Shown here: positions 7,872 to 16,692 of the stretch, in pieces
How the letters are laid out: each line of letters starts with the position of its first letter
How positions within the stretch are numbered: position 1 is the stretch's first letter
Assembly: GCF_003966335.1 (NCBI RefSeq)
Contig: NZ_CP034549.1
Location: 1,530,001-1,562,000, forward strand
DNA: 32,000 nucleotides
From: Nonlabens ponticola
GTDB taxonomy: Bacteria; Bacteroidota; Bacteroidia; Flavobacteriales; Flavobacteriaceae
Direction: 5' to 3'
The notes under the pieces: model-generated
What the model saw: only the letters and a program-made list of their open reading frames with translations
The model's database searches: none
Told to the model about the DNA's origin: nothing
Position numbers and translations under genes: made by a program

Positions 7872-9017
7872 ATGCAAGATCACGACAATACCAACCCATC
7901 AAGCAATGATGAGGAAAACAAATTACCAGATGCTGCACAACAGCAGCATGTACACAAACCAGATGACGGTAATAACGCTTTAAAGGATAGCCCGATAGCG
8001 GACGAGATTGTTTCTGATGTACCTAAGGAAGATACAGAGGATAACGAGATAAACTTCTCATCAAGAGTTGATCTTTCTCAATTATCTAATGCGGTAAAGC
8101 AAATCAAAGAAGAGTTGCGCAAGGTGATCGTAGGTCAAGAAGAAATGATTGATTTGTTGATTGTATCCATCCTTGCCAATGGACACTCACTAATAGAAGG
8201 TGTACCAGGTGTGGCAAAAACTGTGACTGCTAAGTTACTTGCCAAAACCATGCAAGTAGACTTCTCAAGAATCCAATTCACGCCAGATTTAATGCCTAGT
8301 GATATTTTGGGAACTTCAGTTTTCTCCATGAAGGATAATGAATTTGAGTTTAAGGCTGGGCCTATTTTCTCAAACATCATTCTTATTGATGAGATCAATC
8401 GCGCACCAGCCAAAACACAGGCTGCGCTCTTTGAAGCAATGGCAGAACGCCAAGTAACCATTGATGGTAAGGAATATGCATTAGAGAATCCTTTTCTAGT
8501 ATTTGCTACACAAAATCCAGTAGAACAAGAAGGAACCTACAGACTGCCAGAAGCCCAGCTAGACCGTTTCTTATTCAAGATCAATGTGGATTACCCAGAT
8601 CTAGATGAAGAAATCCAAATTCTTGAAGGGAATCATAACCGTAAAAACGCTGATCCTGAATCCATGATTACAGGCATCATGACAGCACAGGAAATTGCTG
8701 ATCATCAGCTAACTGTGAAAGGAATAATAGTTGAGCCAGCCTTGATCAAATACATCGCACAAATTGTATTGAATACTCGCAATAATGCCAATCTGTATTT
8801 AGGCGCATCACCAAGAGCATCCATTGCTATCATGAATGGTTCAAAGGCGTATGCAGCGATAATGGGTCGTGATTTTGTCACACCAGACGATGTGAAGTAC
8901 ATCGCCAAGGCTGTCATGAGACATCGTATCATTCTCACACCAGAACGTGAGATGGAAGGCTTCACGGCAGACAAAGCTATCGCTCAAATCCTAGAAACGA
9001 TTGAAATACCTCGCTAG
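7872..9017 (+). CDS. moxR: MoxR-family AAA+ ATPase
   Basis: Walker A GVPGVAKT, Walker B ILIDEINR, and the sensor and arginine regions of the MoxR type (FATQNPVEQEGTYRLPEAQLDRF). It has an acidic N-terminal extension of about 60 aa. Confidence 0.9.
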   Translation: MQDHDNTNPSSNDEENKLPDAAQQQHVHKPDDGNNALKDSPIADEIVSDVPKEDTEDNEINFSSRVDLSQLSNAVKQIKEELRKVIVGQEEMIDLLIVSILANGHSLIEGVPGVAKTVTAKLLAKTMQVDFSRIQFTPDLMPSDILGTSVFSMKDNEFEFKAGPIFSNIILIDEINRAPAKTQAALFEAMAERQVTIDGKEYALENPFLVFATQNPVEQEGTYRLPEAQLDRFLFKINVDYPDLDEEIQILEGNHNRKNADPESMITGIMTAQEIADHQLTVKGIIVEPALIKYIAQIVLNTRNNANLYLGASPRASIAIMNGSKAYAAIMGRDFVTPDDVKYIAKAVMRHRIILTPEREMEGFTADKAIAQILETIEIPR

Positions 9018-10348
9018 TGAAGAGATTTTATAAGAGCATTTATTTAACGCCTAGATTATTCACGGTCATCATTTGTCAGGTGGTATTCTTTATTCTAAGT
9101 TTTTTCTTTAGAAGATTAGAAGGATACGCCATGATAGGTGTTTACATTCTGCTGGGATTATTTCTAGTGGATATGCTTTTATTATATCGTGCTAGCGGCA
9201 TTGACGCAACTCGCATATTGCCAGAGAAATTTTCCAATGGTGATGATAATCCAGTTCATATAACCGTAGTCAATAATTATCCTTACAAGATCAAAGTAGA
9301 GATCGTGGATGAATTGCCCGTTCAATTCCAGAAGCGTGATTTTAAATTAATGAATGATCTAGCCGCTGGCGGTACACATACTTCTATGTATGAGGCAAGA
9401 CCAGTGGATCGAGGTGAGTACCATTTTGGGTCACTAAACATTTATGCAATCAGCGACATAGGTTTTATCAAGCGTCGATATCGATTTGATAGCGATGCAA
9501 TGGTGCCCAATTATCCGTCATTTCTTCAAATGCGTAAGTATGAGCTCATGGCCTTCACCAACAAACTGCGTGATTATGGTATAAAAAAAATACGCAGGAT
9601 AGGGCACACCATGGAATTTGAGCAGATTAAGGATTACACACAAGGTGATGACGTGCGCAATATCAATTGGAAAGCATCAGCTAAGCGTAATTCCTTGATG
9701 ATCAATCAATATCAGGATGAGAAATCACAACCGGTATATAGCGTGATTGACAAAGGCCGCGTGATGAAAATGCCTTTTGAAGGCATGAAACTTGTCGATT
9801 ATGCAATAAATGCAACGCTAGTCATATCTAATATCGCCTTGAAAAAAGGTGATAAGGCAGGAATGTTTAGTTTCTCAGATAAGGTTCAAAATCAAGTGAT
9901 GGCTCAAAAACGCTCCTCACAAATGAATGTCATCCTTGAAACGCTTTACAATTTGGATACAGATTTTAAAGAGAGTGATTTCTCAAGATTATACATCGAT
10001 ATCAAACGTAGAATTACACAACGCAGTTTGCTATTGTTGTACAGTAATTTTGAAACACTAGACGCTCTACATAGACAATTGCCATACTTACAGGCTATTG
10101 CAAAGAACCATTTGTTGGTAGTTATTTTCTTTGAAAATACAGAGCTTAAAAAGCTTACCGATCTAGAAACTGAAAATACCCGACAGGTATTTCAACAAAC
10201 GATTGCCCAAAAGTTTAGGTATGAAAAAAAGCTCGTTGTAAATGAGCTAAATAATTATGGTATTCAAACGATCCTTACAAAACCACAGGATCTTACAGTG
10301 AATACGATTAATAAATATTTAGAGATAAAAGCTAGAGGCTTGCTCTAA
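9017..10348 (+). CDS. DUF58 (vWA-like) domain protein, the usual MoxR partner
   Basis: Two N-terminal TM helices. DUF58 signature ...GDDVRNINWKASAKRNSLMINQYQDEK.... The GTG start overlaps the moxR TAG (TAGTG). Confidence 0.85.
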   Translation: MKRFYKSIYLTPRLFTVIICQVVFFILSFFFRRLEGYAMIGVYILLGLFLVDMLLLYRASGIDATRILPEKFSNGDDNPVHITVVNNYPYKIKVEIVDELPVQFQKRDFKLMNDLAAGGTHTSMYEARPVDRGEYHFGSLNIYAISDIGFIKRRYRFDSDAMVPNYPSFLQMRKYELMAFTNKLRDYGIKKIRRIGHTMEFEQIKDYTQGDDVRNINWKASAKRNSLMINQYQDEKSQPVYSVIDKGRVMKMPFEGMKLVDYAINATLVISNIALKKGDKAGMFSFSDKVQNQVMAQKRSSQMNVILETLYNLDTDFKESDFSRLYIDIKRRITQRSLLLLYSNFETLDALHRQLPYLQAIAKNHLLVVIFFENTELKKLTDLETENTRQVFQQTIAQKFRYEKKLVVNELNNYGIQTILTKPQDLTVNTINKYLEIKARGLL

Positions 10349-10359
10349 TCTCCATGAGA

Positions 10360-10548
10360 TTAAGCGTAGTCTAGCTTTCTTTTAGCTTCAGTTATTTCAC
10401 GGAAAATTTGCATTGCTCTTTCGTGAATTTGGTTACTCTTCTCTCTATTAGTAGCAGCAACCTCAAACGATTTTCTCATTAAGTTGCAGTACTTAGATTC
10501 TTTCTTTGCTATTTGATCTTGTACCTCTTTCTTTTCCTCTATGCTCAT
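10360..10548 (-). CDS. Small hypothetical helical protein (62 aa)
   Basis: This is an ORF only. It is Lys/Glu-rich and predicted helical, and it is convergent with the DUF58 gene. I recognised no motif. Confidence 0.3.
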   Translation of the reverse strand: MSIEEKKEVQDQIAKKESKYCNLMRKSFEVAATNREKSNQIHERAMQIFREITEAKRKLDYA

Positions 10549-10648
10549 GGATACTTCTTACTCAGTTCAGGAACGAATGTAAATTTATTGTTAGATATCT
10601 CTAGCTAACACTTTAACAATTGATTGTTAAAAAACATTTAAAACGTTG

Positions 10649-11353
10649 TTAGTCCTGCAATGCAAAGACTCTTCTCAATAAATCGGTAGTACGTTGATTG
10701 ACATTTTCACGTATCAATATTTCCTCTTGAGCGATCATAGTGAATACACCTTCCAGCGCTTTTTGAGTGACATAATTTGTCAAATCAGGATCAACGTCAT
10801 TCAATAAAGGAATGGTGTTGTATCTAGAAATTGCATCGCCCCATAACTTTGTGGCACCTACTTCACTCAGGTTGCGATCAATCACTGGTGAGAATTTGCT
10901 ATATAAAGTCTCTAACGTCTTTTGTTCCAGATAGCTGGTGGCGGCACGTTGATCACCTAATAATATGTTCTTGGCATCATTGAATGTGATGTCCTTCACG
11001 GCATCTACAAAAATTGGTAGTGCCTCTTTGGTGGCCTCTTCAGCAGCACGGTTGAGTAGTTTGAGACCTTCATCTGCAACGCTGCCTAGACCTATTTTGC
11101 GCAGTCCGCTATCTACGTCCTGTAATTCTTGCGGTAATAAAATCTTTACCAGATCATTCTTATAAAAACCATCTGTACGCATGAGCGTGGTTACCTGCTG
11201 ATTAATTCCCTTATCTAATGCCTGGCGTAAACCATTTCCTATGTCCGCTTGAGATAATGCTCCACCTTGTGGCAACTGGCTGGCGATTTGTTGCAGCTCA
11301 GCACAGGATTGCAAGGTAAATACAGCTATGAATAGTAGGGTAATTCTTTTCAT
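10649..11353 (-). CDS. DUF4197-like lipoprotein
   Basis: An internal ATG at 11353 gives MKRITLLFIAVFTLQSC (lipobox). The helical body with ...GNGLRQALDKGI... resembles DUF4197 as I remember it. Confidence 0.55.
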   Translation of the reverse strand: MKRITLLFIAVFTLQSCAELQQIASQLPQGGALSQADIGNGLRQALDKGINQQVTTLMRTDGFYKNDLVKILLPQELQDVDSGLRKIGLGSVADEGLKLLNRAAEEATKEALPIFVDAVKDITFNDAKNILLGDQRAATSYLEQKTLETLYSKFSPVIDRNLSEVGATKLWGDAISRYNTIPLLNDVDPDLTNYVTQKALEGVFTMIAQEEILIRENVNQRTTDLLRRVFALQD

Positions 11354-11466
11354 GATCTTAGGCTTTACCCAAAGGTATGCTTTCAATCAAGTCGAAATGA
11401 TTAAAGTGGCGTTAACACCGCGGCATGCGATTTGATACAGATCTTGCCTATTTGAAATCCATCACC

Positions 11467-12003
11467 ATGCCCAGAATTATACTCTTGCTGCTCACTATTA
11501 CCATTGTAAGCAGCTGTACCAGCTATAAACAACTAGCCAAGCAAGATCCTAACGAGACCACATACTACTATGATAAGAACCTAGAGGGCAGCTATGAAAA
11601 CGAAGTCTCAGAAAATCAAAAAGTTAGTTTGTGGCAAGATTTGTATCGCGCCAGATACAATAAAGATATCCCGCACAGCGCCTACCGCACACAGGTCAAG
11701 ATTAATGTGCCATCTGATCGCGAACTTATTGCAACGCTCTATCGAGATGGTCGTAAAGAGGATAGCCTACTATTTAAAGGCAAGCAAAAAGGTAAATACT
11801 TTGTCTTGCGTAAACGTAGCCGATTCTTACCATTATTTCCAATCTTACTAGCTTCCGAAGGCACGAAGACGATCATAGGCAACGACCTTGAAGGCAACCT
11901 CACATTGGTTCAAAAAATTTCTAGCTCTTCATCGTCACCTTTATTGAACACATCTTCAGGAATAGACGCAGAGGTGATCACCGCAGTTTATGCCAGAAAA
12001 TAA
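11467..12003 (+). CDS. Hypothetical lipoprotein
   Basis: The ATG at 11467 gives MPRIILLLLTITIVSSC (lipobox). A terminator follows the gene. Confidence 0.55.
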   Translation: MPRIILLLLTITIVSSCTSYKQLAKQDPNETTYYYDKNLEGSYENEVSENQKVSLWQDLYRARYNKDIPHSAYRTQVKINVPSDRELIATLYRDGRKEDSLLFKGKQKGKYFVLRKRSRFLPLFPILLASEGTKTIIGNDLEGNLTLVQKISSSSSSPLLNTSSGIDAEVITAVYARK

Positions 12004-12006
12004 AAA

Positions 12007-12038
12007 CCCAACCATTGCTGGTTGGGCTTCCTATTTTT
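12007..12038. terminator. Bidirectional rho-independent terminator
   Basis: Stem CCCAACCA / TGGTTGGG (12007-12014 / 12019-12026) with loop TTGC. T-runs lie on both sides (cttcctattttt on +, ttttta on -). It sits between convergent genes. Confidence 0.6.
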
Positions 12039-12068
12039 AATAAGTGTTGATATGCTCGTCGTGATTAC

Positions 12069-12082
12069 GCTTTCGCGAAAGC
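12069..12082. repeat. Copy 3 of the GCTTTCGCGAAAGC palindrome (context tTACGCTTTCGCGAAAGCGGTAAca)
   Basis: Read directly. It is intergenic, 29 nt downstream of the stop of the minus-strand 82-aa gene. Confidence 0.95.
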
Positions 12083-12110
12083 GGTAACAGACAAACATCT
12101 TACAACTTAT

Positions 12111-12359
12111 TTATCTATCGATGCTACCCATCACTTTTTGGGCAAAAGCATTGGACGCCTCAACGCCGCTCATTCCTTGCTCCACATTATGGTGAACCTC
12201 AATAGCACCACAAATGTTTGTTACGAGTTCACCTACCACGTCCATTTCCTCATCGGTCACAGATCTGTGCTCTGTAAAGTGCTCGAGAACTTCTAGCGTA
12301 GTTTCAAGTTGCTCCTTGGTAGCGCCTTTTTGAAGGTGTCTAATTACTGGTAACTTCAT
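12111..12359 (-). CDS. Small conserved hypothetical protein co-transcribed with thioredoxin
   Basis: 82-aa acidic helical ORF. Its ATG lies inside the last 20 nt of the thioredoxin gene, suggesting translational coupling. Confidence 0.55.
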   Translation of the reverse strand: MKLPVIRHLQKGATKEQLETTLEVLEHFTEHRSVTDEEMDVVGELVTNICGAIEVHHNVEQGMSGVEASNAFAQKVMGSIDR

Positions 12360-12651
12360 TGACTAAGTCTTTAAGGTTATCAAATTTGTTAGTCTGCAAT
12401 TGGTTTACAAAGCTTCCGTTTTTGAAAGTTGCAAAGGTTGGTAAATTGTCTACCGTTGCTAGTTTGCGTGATTCTGGAAACTTCTCGGCATCGGCAAGGA
12501 TAAAAATGGTGTCTTCATTCTCACCGGCCAATTTTTTAAATTTTGGTTTCATCAATCGACAGTTACCGCACCAACTAGCCATGTATTGCACGACTACTTT
12601 ATCATTGCTGGCAACGATTTCCTGTAGGTTATCTTGTTCAAGAGTTTTCAT
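12340..12651 (-). CDS. Thioredoxin family protein
   Basis: WCGNC active site in a thioredoxin fold of about 100 aa. Confidence 0.85.
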   Translation of the reverse strand: MKTLEQDNLQEIVASNDKVVVQYMASWCGNCRLMKPKFKKLAGENEDTIFILADAEKFPESRKLATVDNLPTFATFKNGSFVNQLQTNKFDNLKDLVNEVTSN

Positions 12652-12672
12652 ATATTATAAATTTATTATTAA

Positions 12673-12705
12673 ACAAAAAGCGATAGGTAAAGAATCACCT
12701 ATCGC
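12673..12705 (-). terminator. Rho-independent terminator or attenuator downstream of the peroxiredoxin gene
   Basis: Minus-strand stem GCGATAGGT / ACCTATCGC (12680-12688 / 12697-12705) followed by TTTTTGTTT. Confidence 0.6.
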
Positions 12706-12721
12706 CTTGATTAAAGTCAAC

Positions 12722-13357
12722 TTAGTTGGCAGAAAGATACTCTGCGGTCGCCTTGCGGTTTGCCTGCATAGCGTCTTTTCCTTCTTCCCAGTTTGCTGGA
12801 CATACCTCACCGTTTTTCTGCACGTGAGCATACGCGTCTATCATGCGCAAGAATTCATTCACATTGCGTCCTACAGGCATGTGGTTTACACCTTCATGAA
12901 ATACGGTACCTTCTTCATCAATTAGGTAAGTCGCACGGTAAGTCACGTTATCACCTGTAAGTAGGTAACCTTCTAAATCGTCATTGTACTCTTGCTCAAC
13001 ATCTAGAATGTCTAATAAATTAGCAAGGTTGCGATTGGTATCTGCAAGTATTGGGTAAGTCACACCTTCGATTCCACCATCATCCTTGGCAGTGTTCAAC
13101 CAGGCAAAATGCACCTCTGGCGTGTCACATGACGCACCTATAACGATCGTGTTTCTTTTCTCAAACTCACCTAGAGCTTCTTGAAAAGCGTGGAGTTCCG
13201 TTGGGCATACAAAGGTGAAATCCTTTGGATACCAGAATAAAAGTACTTTCTTGTTATTGTTTTTTGCTTCCTCGAGCACATTCAATTTAAAGGTATCACC
13301 CATTTCATTCATTGCATCCACGTGTACATCTGGAAACTGTCTTCCTACTATAGCCAT
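12722..13357 (-). CDS. Typical 2-Cys peroxiredoxin
   Basis: Peroxidatic motif DFTFVCPTE and resolving GEVCPANW. The start at ATG 13357 (MAIVGRQFPD) is preferred to 13393. Confidence 0.9.
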   Translation of the reverse strand: MAIVGRQFPDVHVDAMNEMGDTFKLNVLEEAKNNNKKVLLFWYPKDFTFVCPTELHAFQEALGEFEKRNTIVIGASCDTPEVHFAWLNTAKDDGGIEGVTYPILADTNRNLANLLDILDVEQEYNDDLEGYLLTGDNVTYRATYLIDEEGTVFHEGVNHMPVGRNVNEFLRMIDAYAHVQKNGEVCPANWEEGKDAMQANRKATAEYLSAN

Positions 13358-13390
13358 TTTGTAATTTTTATTATGTTGTTTGTAATGCTG

Positions 13391-13398
13391 CAAATTTA
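13391..13398 (-). promoter_or_regulatory. Candidate -7 promoter box (TAAATTTG) for the peroxiredoxin gene
   Basis: Matches the Bacteroidota TAnnTTTG consensus 34 nt upstream of the ATG. Palindrome copy 4 sits immediately upstream of it. Confidence 0.4.
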
Positions 13399-13404
13399 GG
13401 TCAC

Positions 13405-13418
13405 GCTTTCGCGAAAGC
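13405..13418. repeat. Copy 4 of the GCTTTCGCGAAAGC palindrome (context gTCACGCTTTCGCGAAAGCTAAaa)
   Basis: Read directly. It is intergenic, between the patatin 3' end and the peroxiredoxin promoter. Confidence 0.95.
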
Positions 13419-13501
13419 TAAAACATCACAATCTTATAAGATAATAAAGCGATAGCCAGTATCTATAAGGAGTATTAAACACGATAGCTTATTGCTATCA
13501 A

Positions 13502-14413
13502 TCAAGATTCAGGTTTGATCTCGTTGAGGTCTATATTTTTTTGCGCGGCATAGTCATAGCCGCGCTGCCACCATTGCGTCATCTTCTCTTTTTTAAAGAT
13601 TAATGAATTGACAGTGAGTACCGTAGGCGTGTAGTATAGATTGATGATAGCGTCGTGATTATTTGCCGCAAACTTGCCTATGGCGATGTTTTGTTTCTCA
13701 ATGCGATCCATCATAAAGCCATGTAGACTTGTGAGTAACGAGAATACATTGGTGGATGGTAACGAGTTGTAATAGGTGACCTCTGTCTCAAGAATGATAA
13801 CATCAACCACAGTAGCGCCGCGATCAATGGCTTCTTTGATAGGCACCATACTGCCAAAACCGCCATCTGCATACTCGCAGCCATTCTTCTTGACTAGACT
13901 CATAAATGGTATGTAATTGCATGAGATCCAGATCCAGTCAATGAAATCCCCATAGGTAACATCCTTAATGGATTTATACTCTACCTCGTTGAGTGATAGG
14001 TTGCTCACGGTAACTACCACCTCTTTACCAGATTGCTGCAATTGTTGAAACTCTGCAACAGTCAGTGTTTTTTTGATTAGTTTTCTTAAATTATGACTCT
14101 CGCCAAAGGTCTTGCTGCCCTTCATAAAATTGCGCAGCACTTTCCAGTGATTGATGCTTATGCTTTGGTCTTGGAATTTATCGATTTTGGTTATAAAGGG
14201 TCGCGAGCTAAAAATAGAATCCTGGTTCACATGAGTATAGACATGCTTGATCTTATCGATCATGCCTAGTGCGAGGTGCGATATCAAGAGGCTACCAGTG
14301 CTGGTGCCTAGATAAAGATCATACTCATGCTTGAGTTCTTCAATGAGGTATTGGGCGACGCCACCGGCAAATGCGCCCTTGCTGCCGCCACCAGAAATGA
14401 CTAGGGCTCGCAT
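13502..14413 (-). CDS. Patatin-like phospholipase
   Basis: GGGSKGAFAGG oxyanion motif, GTSTGS (GxSxG) and ADGGF (the DG of the catalytic dyad). Confidence 0.85.
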   Translation of the reverse strand: MRALVISGGGSKGAFAGGVAQYLIEELKHEYDLYLGTSTGSLLISHLALGMIDKIKHVYTHVNQDSIFSSRPFITKIDKFQDQSISINHWKVLRNFMKGSKTFGESHNLRKLIKKTLTVAEFQQLQQSGKEVVVTVSNLSLNEVEYKSIKDVTYGDFIDWIWISCNYIPFMSLVKKNGCEYADGGFGSMVPIKEAIDRGATVVDVIILETEVTYYNSLPSTNVFSLLTSLHGFMMDRIEKQNIAIGKFAANNHDAIINLYYTPTVLTVNSLIFKKEKMTQWWQRGYDYAAQKNIDLNEIKPES

Positions 14414-14416
14414 GTT

Positions 14417-15313
14417 TTAGTTTTTAGATTCTTGATCTACTTCTTCTAGGGAAATCAAGCTGTCATAAAAGGTACCACGCAAACGTTCTGGATTGATAAA
14501 GCCATTGCCATAGCCTTGAGCGTCATATCTTTTGGTGATTTTCTCATCTGCAAGGATGCGCTCACGTGATTTCTCTTGTGCTATTGCCAGTTTTACCTGA
14601 CTGCGTATGTCCATAAGCATATTTACATGAGCTACAAGATCTTTATAGGTTCCCAAGTTACCATGGCCTGGAACGATTTGGGTGTCTGGATTAATGGTGG
14701 CCAGTACCCGCTGTTGTGCTTCTATGTATCCATTAACGCTACCGCCAGACTTAAGATCTATGTACGGATAACGACCATTAAAGAAAACATCGCCCATGTG
14801 CACGACATTACTCTTTGGGAAATAGACAAAGCTATCGCCATCTGTATGAGCATTGTGTACATGGATGATCATAGCATTCTCGTCTGGTAGATCAATGCGC
14901 ATTTCTTCAACTAGAGTTATTTCAGGCAAATAACCATCTGGCTTATTAGCTTCTTGAAGTCGCTTAAGTACGTTTGCCTGAGCAACGATATTTAGGTTCT
15001 CGTTATTAAAGTTTTCATTACCACCAGTGTGATCGCCATGGTGATGCGTGTTGACAAGATAGGTGAGTGGCTTGTCAGTAATTGCAGCGATGGCCGTTTT
15101 AAGTTTATCACTCAATGGTGCAAATTGGGAATCAATCATCATGACCTCATCACTAGCTACTGCAATGAGAATGTTGCCGCCTCGACCTTCCAGCATGTAG
15201 AAATTATCTGTGAGTTGGGTTGTCTTTATTTCTACTTGATCTGGATTGATTTGGGCGATTGTAGAAGTAGCGAATAAAAGGCTGCAAGCTATGATTTGTA
15301 ATGAATGTTTCAT
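14417..15313 (-). CDS. Secreted MBL-fold metallo-hydrolase
   Basis: Signal peptide, HHHGDH (HxHxDH) and downstream His/Asp ligands. Confidence 0.85.
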   Translation of the reverse strand: MKHSLQIIACSLLFATSTIAQINPDQVEIKTTQLTDNFYMLEGRGGNILIAVASDEVMMIDSQFAPLSDKLKTAIAAITDKPLTYLVNTHHHGDHTGGNENFNNENLNIVAQANVLKRLQEANKPDGYLPEITLVEEMRIDLPDENAMIIHVHNAHTDGDSFVYFPKSNVVHMGDVFFNGRYPYIDLKSGGSVNGYIEAQQRVLATINPDTQIVPGHGNLGTYKDLVAHVNMLMDIRSQVKLAIAQEKSRERILADEKITKRYDAQGYGNGFINPERLRGTFYDSLISLEEVDQESKN

Positions 15314-15332
15314 TCTCGATTGTTTATTGACA

Positions 15333-15366
15333 AAATTAAAGATGCATCACTTTTAAGTGATGCATC
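15333..15366 (-). terminator. Rho-independent terminator after the sugar dehydrogenase gene
   Basis: 10-bp stem GATGCATCAC / GTGATGCATC (15341-15350 / 15357-15366), followed on the minus strand by TTTAATTTTG. Confidence 0.65.
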
Positions 15367-15394
15367 ATAGTTCCTTACAAGTTAATCATTTTTC

Positions 15395-16678
15395 CTATTT
15401 CGCACTCACGCGCCAGACGATACCGCTATCATCATCATTAACAAGCAAACTACCGTCGTTATGAACGGTAACACCTACAGGACGACCATAGACATCCTTC
15501 TCACTATCAGGATCTGTAAAACCTGTCAAGAAATCCTGCGGCGGTTGCGGATTACCGGCCGCATCAAACGGAATGAAAACCACTTTGTAACCACTCAATG
15601 GCTTGCGGTTCCATGATCCATGTTGTCCTATGAAAGCTCCATTTTTATAGGTTGCTGGAAATTGATCTGCCGTGTAAAATTCAAAACCTAGGGACGCTGT
15701 ATGAGATCCCAATGGCACATCTGGAACGATAGCTATATCTACAAGTTCTTGATGTGGATCATTTCTCCATCGTGGATCATTTATTTCACCGTAATAGGAG
15801 TATGGCCAGCCATACCAACCACCTTTCTTGACGCTCGTGGCATAATCTGGAACTAGATTATTACCCAATTTATCGCGCTCATTGACCGCTGTCCAAAGCT
15901 CACCAGTGATAGGATTCCAATCCATTCCTACTGGATTTCTCAAGCCTGTTGCATATTCTATCTCACCAGAACCATCAGGATTGATTTCAAGAATGGTAGC
16001 GCGACGCACCTCGTATTCCATGCCATTTTCACCGACATTGCTACCTGAACCTACAGAGATATAGATCTTGGATTGATCTGCATTGGTGATCAAATTACGC
16101 GTCCAGTGATTGTTGTAACCACCAGCTGGTAGGTCCAGAATTTTCTCGCCAGCACCAGTCAATTTTTCTTGACCTGTCTTGTAGGCATAGCGGTACAAAC
16201 CATCGGTATTGGCTACATAGAAATAGTCATCAATGATCAACATTCCAAATGGCTGATTCAAACCACTTAAAAAGACTTCTCGATAATCTGCGGTGCCATC
16301 GCCGTTGGAATCGCGCAAGAGAGAGATTTGGTTAGCACTGTTGCGCGTGTTGCTTTCTACAACAAAAATGTCATTGTTTTCATGCACATACGTCCATCGC
16401 GGATGTTTTAAATCCGTTGCAAAAGCATTGACTTGAAATCCTGCTGGTGCGATGGGTTTATTGCCATCTTTCCAGCCTACTACATTGCTCACCAATACTT
16501 CAGATTCACTGTGATAGGGTGGTGGTAGTTCTAAATCACCAATGCTTGTTTCTACTATGGCGTTGTCGTTATCGCCTAGATTTTCCTTGAAGACTTCTGG
16601 AGTATTATCAGTTGCATTTTTGGTTTTGCAGGATGTAAAGGCTGCAAGAGCGAGCGATAGTAGTAATATTTTTTTCAT
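15395..16678 (-). CDS. PQQ-dependent sugar (glucose/sorbosone) dehydrogenase family lipoprotein
   Basis: Beta-propeller-like sequence with family-typical segments (...NHWTRNL..., ...GLRNPVGMDWNP..., ...DYATSV...GGWYGWPY...). The ATG at 16678 gives MKKILLLSLALAAFTSC. The track start at 16696 is a TTG. Confidence 0.75.
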   Translation of the reverse strand: MKKILLLSLALAAFTSCKTKNATDNTPEVFKENLGDNDNAIVETSIGDLELPPPYHSESEVLVSNVVGWKDGNKPIAPAGFQVNAFATDLKHPRWTYVHENNDIFVVESNTRNSANQISLLRDSNGDGTADYREVFLSGLNQPFGMLIIDDYFYVANTDGLYRYAYKTGQEKLTGAGEKILDLPAGGYNNHWTRNLITNADQSKIYISVGSGSNVGENGMEYEVRRATILEINPDGSGEIEYATGLRNPVGMDWNPITGELWTAVNERDKLGNNLVPDYATSVKKGGWYGWPYSYYGEINDPRWRNDPHQELVDIAIVPDVPLGSHTASLGFEFYTADQFPATYKNGAFIGQHGSWNRKPLSGYKVVFIPFDAAGNPQPPQDFLTGFTDPDSEKDVYGRPVGVTVHNDGSLLVNDDDSGIVWRVSAK

Positions 16679-16692
16679 GGTATTTTTTGTGT

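Noticed and set aside
12359-12925. 188-aa plus-strand ORF, and similar long antisense ORFs (for example 4459-4809, 8135-8461, 8705-8974, 17698-18033, 19773-20096, 24107-24439 and 26894-27247).
   Set aside because: Each lies entirely antisense to a gene with clear family motifs. They have odd composition (rich in Ser/Leu/Cys/Arg) and no motifs, so they are shadow ORFs.
13502-15313. Patatin phospholipase next to an MBL hydrolase, considered as a possible CBASS-like or other anti-phage effector pair.
   Set aside because: No cyclase, sensor, NTPase or other defence-associated partner is present. The MBL protein has a signal peptide. Both genes look like ordinary lipid and hydrolase housekeeping genes.
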